Assembly (NCBI GenBank): GCA_910585505.1
Contig: CAJUFF010000001.1
Span: forward strand, 23,579 to 87,578
Reading direction: 5' to 3'
DNA from: an uncultured Ruminiclostridium sp.
GTDB taxonomy: Bacteria; Bacillota; Clostridia; Oscillospirales; Ruminococcaceae
Length of the DNA stretch: 64,000 nt
Made by a program: the position numbers and the translations under genes. This document shows, piece by piece, positions 58,765 to 64,000 of this stretch (positions are counted from its first letter, which is position 1; the number at the start of each line of letters is the position of its first letter). The notes beneath the pieces are model-generated. The model was given only the letters and a program-made list of their open reading frames with translations, had not been told where the DNA came from and did not search any database.

Positions 58765-60219
58765 ATGTACCCCATCTCAGTTCAGCAATACCACCCCCCT
58801 TTTCGTCCCTTTACCGACAAGGATTTTCTTGAAAGCGAAATATCCTCATGGAAGGTCTCCCCCGCCCGCGCCCTGCAAATAAAAGGAACCCTCTACTATC
58901 GCGGCGACCACGATATTCTCCGCCGCCGACGCACGGTAATCGGCGAAAGGGGCGTACCCGAAGAAATCACCAATCTTCCCAATAACAAAACCGTATACAA
59001 CCTTTACGCCAAAATGGTGACCCAGAAAGCCAACTATCTTTTGGGAAAACCCTTCGTCCTTCAAAGCGACGACCCCGATTACAATTGCGCGCTGAAAACC
59101 GTGTTTGACAAGGAATTTATGCGTATACTGAAAAACGCGGGAAAAGCCGCCCTTAACGGAGGAATAGCTTGGCTTTATCCCTATTTTGACGGCGAAAGCA
59201 AGCTCCGCTTCCGAATCTTCCCCGCCTACGAAATTCTCCCCTTTTGGAAAGACAGCGACCACACCGAAGCAGAAGCGGCGGTAAGATTGTACCAAGTTGA
59301 GGTATACGACGGAAATACGCCTTTTTTACAGGAAAAAGTCGAATTATATACCGAAAACGGAATTTCCCGCTTTACCTTAAGAAACGGCAGCTTAATACCC
59401 GACCTTGACCGCAATAACCACCCCTTCCGCCGTCCGTATGCCGTCAGGACAAAACGGGGAAAGGCCGAAGCGGCATATTGCTGGGAAAAGCTCCCGCTTA
59501 TTCCCATAAAAAGCGGGGAAAGCGAAATTCCCCTTCTGAAAAAGGTAAAGTCGCTTCAGGACGGTTTAAACCTCATGCTTTCCGACTTTGAAAACAATAT
59601 GCAGGAGGACGCAAGAAACACGATTCTTGTCCTTAAAAACTACGACGGAACGAATTTAGGCGAATTTAGGCGCAATTTGGCCGCATACGGAGCTGTAAAG
59701 GTGAGATGCGACCGCGACGCACAGGGGGGCGTGGATACCTTGGAGGTAAACGTAAATCCCGAAAACTACAAAACAGTGATAACCCTATTGAAAAACGGAA
59801 TAGTGGAAAACGCCATGGGGTTTTCCCGAAACGAGATCTCGTCGGGCGGCTGGAACTCCGGCACTCCGAATCAGCTTAACATAAAGTCGATGTACACCGA
59901 TATCGACCTTGACGCCAACGATATGGAAACCGAGCTTCAAGCCGCCTTTCAAAAGCTTTTCCCCTTTGCGGACACATACCTTTATTTAAGCGGAAAAGGA
60001 AATTTTTCCAAAGCGAAAGCGGAAATAATTTTTAACCGCGATATGCTTATAAACGAAACGGAAGCCATTGCCAACTGTATAAATTCCCTTAAGCTTCTCT
60101 CCGAGGAAACCGCAATCGCGCAACATCCTTGGGTAACCGACCCGCAGACGGAAGCGGAGCGCCTTAAGGCTCAGAAATCATACTATAAAAAGATAAACAA
60201 ACAGGAGCGAAGCGACTAA
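58765..60219 (+). CDS. SPP1 gp6-like portal protein (last 12 residues derived from an inserted element)
   Basis: YYRGDHDIL, QKANYLLGKP, IIFNRDMLINE, QHPWV. Confidence 0.92.
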   Translation: MYPISVQQYHPPFRPFTDKDFLESEISSWKVSPARALQIKGTLYYRGDHDILRRRRTVIGERGVPEEITNLPNNKTVYNLYAKMVTQKANYLLGKPFVLQSDDPDYNCALKTVFDKEFMRILKNAGKAALNGGIAWLYPYFDGESKLRFRIFPAYEILPFWKDSDHTEAEAAVRLYQVEVYDGNTPFLQEKVELYTENGISRFTLRNGSLIPDLDRNNHPFRRPYAVRTKRGKAEAAYCWEKLPLIPIKSGESEIPLLKKVKSLQDGLNLMLSDFENNMQEDARNTILVLKNYDGTNLGEFRRNLAAYGAVKVRCDRDAQGGVDTLEVNVNPENYKTVITLLKNGIVENAMGFSRNEISSGGWNSGTPNQLNIKSMYTDIDLDANDMETELQAAFQKLFPFADTYLYLSGKGNFSKAKAEIIFNRDMLINETEAIANCINSLKLLSEETAIAQHPWVTDPQTEAERLKAQKSYYKKINKQERSD

Positions 60220-60446
60220 TTGTCCTTTCCGCTTCCCTTTCGGACTCCGAAAGGGAAGTAGGGGAGTCCAAAGGACGGGGGCAACGCCCCCAAAGCTTGT
60301 GTGTTTTTTTACACTGCTATAATTTTTTAAATTGCTATAATAACCATATTGAAACAGGATAAAATCATAGTCAAAACGGCTATTACGCCCGAAACAATAT
60401 TAACCGATTAAAAACCATTTTTTAAATTATTAATCGGTTAACATTA
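60181..60446. mobile_element. Composite modular element inserted into the portal 3' end
   Basis: Module A plus reverse complement of the 5024-5135 unit; flanked by TCA on both sides. Confidence 0.85.
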
Positions 60447-60492
60447 TCAAACCCCGCGCCCATTCCGCAGGAAAAAAAGAAAGGAACCGAAA

Positions 60493-60993
60493 ATGACATT
60501 TAACGAACAGTTAAGGGAGCTGAACCTTACGGAGGAACAGTTAAAAACCATCAACACGGCGCTGAAAGCCGAATATGTACCCAAAACCGAATATGAAAGG
60601 CTTTTCGATAATCTTAACGCCGCAAAATCCGAACATAAAAAGAAAACGGAGTTTTTAAAACAATCGGCAGCGGACAAGCTGGAACGGCAGAAAAGGCTTT
60701 ATGAGCTTAAACTGAAAGATAACTTATTGGATATTGCCATCGAAGAAGCGGGCGCCAAAAGCCGCGAAATAGTGCGCGCCCTGATAGATACGGAAAAGGT
60801 GGAGATTAAGGAGGATAAGCTTACGGGGCTTACTCCTCAGCTTACCGAGCTGAAAAAAAACGCCCCCTTTCTGTTTGAGAAAAAGCTTATGTATCTCACG
60901 GGGTATTCTCCTGAAGCTTCGTCGGATCTGATACCCAAGATAAATACGGCGGATATGACTTATTCTCAGGCAGTGGCTTTTCTCGATAATTGA
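60493..60993 (+). CDS. Phage scaffolding protein (GP20-like)
   Basis: EYVPK..F, coiled coil, AGAK..RALID..GL..QL..LK....LF; between portal and capsid. Confidence 0.85.
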   Translation: MTFNEQLRELNLTEEQLKTINTALKAEYVPKTEYERLFDNLNAAKSEHKKKTEFLKQSAADKLERQKRLYELKLKDNLLDIAIEEAGAKSREIVRALIDTEKVEIKEDKLTGLTPQLTELKKNAPFLFEKKLMYLTGYSPEASSDLIPKINTADMTYSQAVAFLDN

Positions 60994-61154
60994 TGGATTT
61001 CGGTAAAAATCCCTTAGCGGTTATCCCCGAACGGGAAAGCTATTGTTATAAATCTTAATTTAACGGCTTTTTTCGTTGAAAAGGAGGCGATTAAAAAAGT
61101 AAAGTAATCATACCGAAAAACAAATCCAAACCAAAAAATGAAAGGAAACCGAAA

Positions 61155-62210
61155 ATGTCAAAATTCAACTCAAAAACCTTTAACCCCGAAGCCTTCGGAA
61201 CCTACGTAAGCAAAATCCCCAACGTAAACAAAAGCGAGCTTGCCCGCTCCGAAGCGGTTGGCGGAAACGAAAACGCGAAGCTTGCCCTGTCGGGACAGTC
61301 CGGATCACTCTACGCCCGAATTCCTTATTTCGGAAGAATAACCGCCGCCACCTCCCAGAACAACGACGGCAATACCGATATGACCTCAAGCAGCACCACC
61401 ACCTTTGAACAGGGCTTTATAGTAGCCTCCCGAATGGATAGTTGGACAGAACGCTCCTTCAGCCGCAGCATTACTGCCGGCGCGGACTTTATGGACAATG
61501 TGGCCGAACAGATAGGCGAGTATAAGCAGGAGGTAAAGCAGGGCATTCTCCTCGCCATGCTCAAAGGCATATTCTCCATGAAAACTGACGGAACCGATAA
61601 AAGAACGGCTGCCGCCAAAGAGTTTATCGAAGCCCATACCCTCGATATAACCGCCGAACCCGAACCGGAGGTGGGAGCTTCAACCCTTAACCGAGCGATA
61701 CAAAAGGCCTGCGGCGACAACAAGTCCGCCTTCACCCTCGTGATTATGCACAGCCGCGTGGCTACAAACCTTGAAAATCTTCAGCTTATGAAGTACCTCA
61801 CCTATACCGATAAGGACGGAATAACCCGCGACCTGGCTTTAGGCTCATGGAACGGCAGAGCGGTGCTGATCGACGACGGAATGCCCGTCGAGGAGAGCGC
61901 GGACGGCAGTCCCCTGTATACCACCTATATTTTAGGCAAGGGAGCAATTACGCTGGAGGACATCGGCGACTCGGTTCCCTACGAAATGAGCCGCGACGCC
62001 AAAACCAACGGAGGCGAGGATACCCTCTACGTAAGAGACCGCTATATCTGCGGCGCGGACGGTCTCTCATTTGAAAAGCCCGCCGATCTGACCGGCTCCG
62101 CCTCCAACGCCAATCTTTCCGACGGGGCAAATTGGACGGTAATAAACGACGGAACAAATTCCGTGTCCCATAAGTCGATAGCCGTTGCGAGAATAATCTC
62201 AAAGGGTTAA
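61155..62210 (+). CDS. Major capsid (coat) protein
   Basis: FNSKTFNPEAFG, IMHSRVA..LE, GRAVLIDD, RDAKTNGGEDTL; follows scaffold. Confidence 0.88.
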   Translation: MSKFNSKTFNPEAFGTYVSKIPNVNKSELARSEAVGGNENAKLALSGQSGSLYARIPYFGRITAATSQNNDGNTDMTSSSTTTFEQGFIVASRMDSWTERSFSRSITAGADFMDNVAEQIGEYKQEVKQGILLAMLKGIFSMKTDGTDKRTAAAKEFIEAHTLDITAEPEPEVGASTLNRAIQKACGDNKSAFTLVIMHSRVATNLENLQLMKYLTYTDKDGITRDLALGSWNGRAVLIDDGMPVEESADGSPLYTTYILGKGAITLEDIGDSVPYEMSRDAKTNGGEDTLYVRDRYICGADGLSFEKPADLTGSASNANLSDGANWTVINDGTNSVSHKSIAVARIISKG

Positions 62211-62434
62211 CACTAATCTTTGGTCGACAGTTTTTTATCTGTAAACTGACCGAAAATTATAGCAATCCAATAAAAAGATAAATAGGAGCGAAGCGACTAA
62301 TTGTCCTTTCCGCTTCCCTTTCGGACTCCGAAAGGGAAGTAGGGGAGTCCGAAGGACGGGGGCAACGCCCCCAAAGCTTGTGTTTTTTACGCTGTTTGTA
62401 ATTTTGTCTAAACTTTTTTTGGATTGCTATAGTA
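62211..62434. mobile_element. Composite modular element (hairpin + module A)
   Basis: Flanked by TAA on both sides, the left one being the capsid stop; internal IR TATAGCAATCCAA/TTGGATTGCTATA. Confidence 0.85.
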
Positions 62435-62456
62435 TAAATAACCGGAAAGGAGCCGA

Positions 62457-62852
62457 ATGAAAAAAATAACCCGTTTGAACGCCCTGTTAACCGCATTGGG
62501 CTTCACCCCCGACCCCAACGAAAACGTTTCTCTTTTAAAATGGGCGTTGGAACAGGCGGAAAACTACGCAAAGCTCCAACTCAATCTCCCATTGATACCC
62601 GCCGAGGCGGAAAAGCCCCTTTTAAACATAGCCGCGGGAGAATATCTGAAAGCAAAAAAAGCTCTTTACACCGAAGAAATCAAGCCGTTGTCCCCTTCCC
62701 CCGCTGTAAAACGCCTTGAGCTGGGAGACACAAAAACCGAATTTGACACCGATAACTTCACCACTCCCGAACAGCGTTTTGATTTACTCACCGAGTATCT
62801 TATAACAAGCGGAAAAACTCAACTGGAAGGATACAGAAAACTTAAATGGTAA
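62457..62852 (+). CDS. Head-tail connector/adaptor protein
   Basis: AAGEYL..VKRLELGDT..YRKLKW; position after capsid. Confidence 0.7.
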   Translation: MKKITRLNALLTALGFTPDPNENVSLLKWALEQAENYAKLQLNLPLIPAEAEKPLLNIAAGEYLKAKKALYTEEIKPLSPSPAVKRLELGDTKTEFDTDNFTTPEQRFDLLTEYLITSGKTQLEGYRKLKW

Positions 62853-63205
62853 ACGCAAGAAATGCGATAGAAAGCCTGTATACACATTCCTGCGACATAT
62901 ACGGCTATTTATCGGAGAAAGACGAAGAAAGCGGAATAACAGAGAAAAAAGAAGCCTTGCTGTACAAAAACCTTCCCTGCCGCCTGTCCTTTGAGCTTAG
63001 CTACCCGCTGGAGCAAACCGATAAAACAGCTAACTCCTCTCAGCGGGTAAAGCTCTTTCTCTCACCCGAAATCAATATCCCATGCGGCTGTAAGATTTTT
63101 GTTACCGTAAACGGCGAAACAATCTCCTTAGGCTACAGCGGAGAACAAGCACTCTACCCCACCCATAAGGAAATACGCCTTAAGCCTTTGGAAAAACACA
63201 AATAA
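62846..63205 (+). CDS. Head closure protein (XkdH-like)
   Basis: AIESLY..C..LPCRLS..KLFLSPE..GCKI.V..YPTHKE. Confidence 0.7.
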   Translation: MVNARNAIESLYTHSCDIYGYLSEKDEESGITEKKEALLYKNLPCRLSFELSYPLEQTDKTANSSQRVKLFLSPEINIPCGCKIFVTVNGETISLGYSGEQALYPTHKEIRLKPLEKHK

Positions 63206-63243
63206 AATCAATTAAAAAACCAAAAGAAAGGAGCGAATAAACC

Positions 63244-63660
63244 ATGGAAAACAAAATCATAAACGCCATAGCAAAGGCGCTTTCCTCCGAATTCGGCAGC
63301 AAGTACACCGTTTACGCCGAAAAGGTAAAGCAGGGGGCGAAAAAACCCTGCTTCTTTATCAGCCCCGAAAGCGTCTGCGAAATTCCCTTCCCCATGGGAC
63401 GGTATTTCAGGGAAAACATTTTTTCCGTAAGCTATTACCCCGAAGGGGAAAACAATAACCGCGAGTACGGAAGCGTGTTGGAGCGCCTGTACCGCTGCCT
63501 CGAATATATCTCACTTCCCGACGGCCTTACAAGAGGCAGCCATATGAGCTGTACCGCCGACGGCGAGCTTCTTAAATTCACGGTGCACTACGATATGTTT
63601 GTGTACAAGCCCAAAGAACCGGTTTCAAAAATGGAAAGGCTTCATTACAACCAAAAATAA
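63244..63660 (+). CDS. Tail terminator-like neck protein
   Basis: VKQG..KPCFFI..YYP; directly before the sheath gene. Confidence 0.65.
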   Translation: MENKIINAIAKALSSEFGSKYTVYAEKVKQGAKKPCFFISPESVCEIPFPMGRYFRENIFSVSYYPEGENNNREYGSVLERLYRCLEYISLPDGLTRGSHMSCTADGELLKFTVHYDMFVYKPKEPVSKMERLHYNQK

Positions 63661-63684
63661 ACAAAAAAGAAAGGAAAATAAATT

Positions 63685-64000
63685 ATGGCATTAGGAGGAG
63701 GTACCTTTACGGTACAGAACAAGCAGCTTCCCGGCGCTTACATCAACTTTGTTTCGGCTTCTTCCGCCAACGCGGCATTGTCCGAAAGAGGAATCGTAAC
63801 CATGCCACTTAAGCTTGACTGGGGAAGAGAGCGGGAAGTGTTTGAAGTGAATACGGAAAGCTTCCGAAAAAATTCGCGGGAGATTTTCGGATACGAATAC
63901 ACCCACGATAAATTAAAGGGCTTAAGAGATCTTTTCAAAAATGCCCGAACCCTTTACGCCTACCGCATAGGCGGTGGAGAAAAGGCCGCCAACTCTTTCG
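63685..64000 (+). CDS. Contractile tail sheath protein (XkdK-like), 3'-truncated by window edge
   Basis: Manual translation MALGGGTFTVQNKQLPGAYINFVSAS..SERGIVTMPLKLDWG..; GAAAGGA RBS. Confidence 0.88.
   Translation, partial: MALGGGTFTVQNKQLPGAYINFVSASSANAALSERGIVTMPLKLDWGREREVFEVNTESFRKNSREIFGYEYTHDKLKGLRDLFKNARTLYAYRIGGGEKAANSF

Noticed and set aside
55697..64000. R-type tailocin
   Set aside because: Terminase, portal, scaffold and capsid genes are intact, which tailocins lack

Overview
Chromosomal window from a spore-forming Clostridia-type bacterium (Oscillospiraceae/Ruminococcaceae-like by gene content and protein sequences; inferred). 1-27.4 kb: housekeeping and sporulation genes (D,D-carboxypeptidase, ytfJ/ytfI, scpAB, M50 protease, galT, a four-domain flavodiiron protein, asnS, GH2 beta-mannosidase, spoVAC/D/E) and a 3875-aa BspA-type LRR surface protein. 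27.5-44.4 kb: complete S10-spc-alpha ribosomal cluster. 44.4-55.5 kb: AT-richer island of secreted proteins and lipoproteins around an ECF sigma/anti-sigma pair, with five copies of one candidate ECF promoter. 55.7-64 kb: a streamlined phage head-and-contractile-tail operon lying directly opposite a RecA-cleavable CI-like repressor, with no integrase, Cro or replication genes at this end. It is a candidate domesticated particle (gene-transfer-agent or PBSX-like). A family of modular hairpin elements (TAC...GTA ends, 3-bp TNA target duplication) is spread across the window: copies nest inside each other, share modules in different combinations, abut stop codons, and one has rewritten the portal C-terminus. 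No CRISPR array, rRNA or tRNA was seen. All family assignments are from motif recognition by eye; no searches were run.
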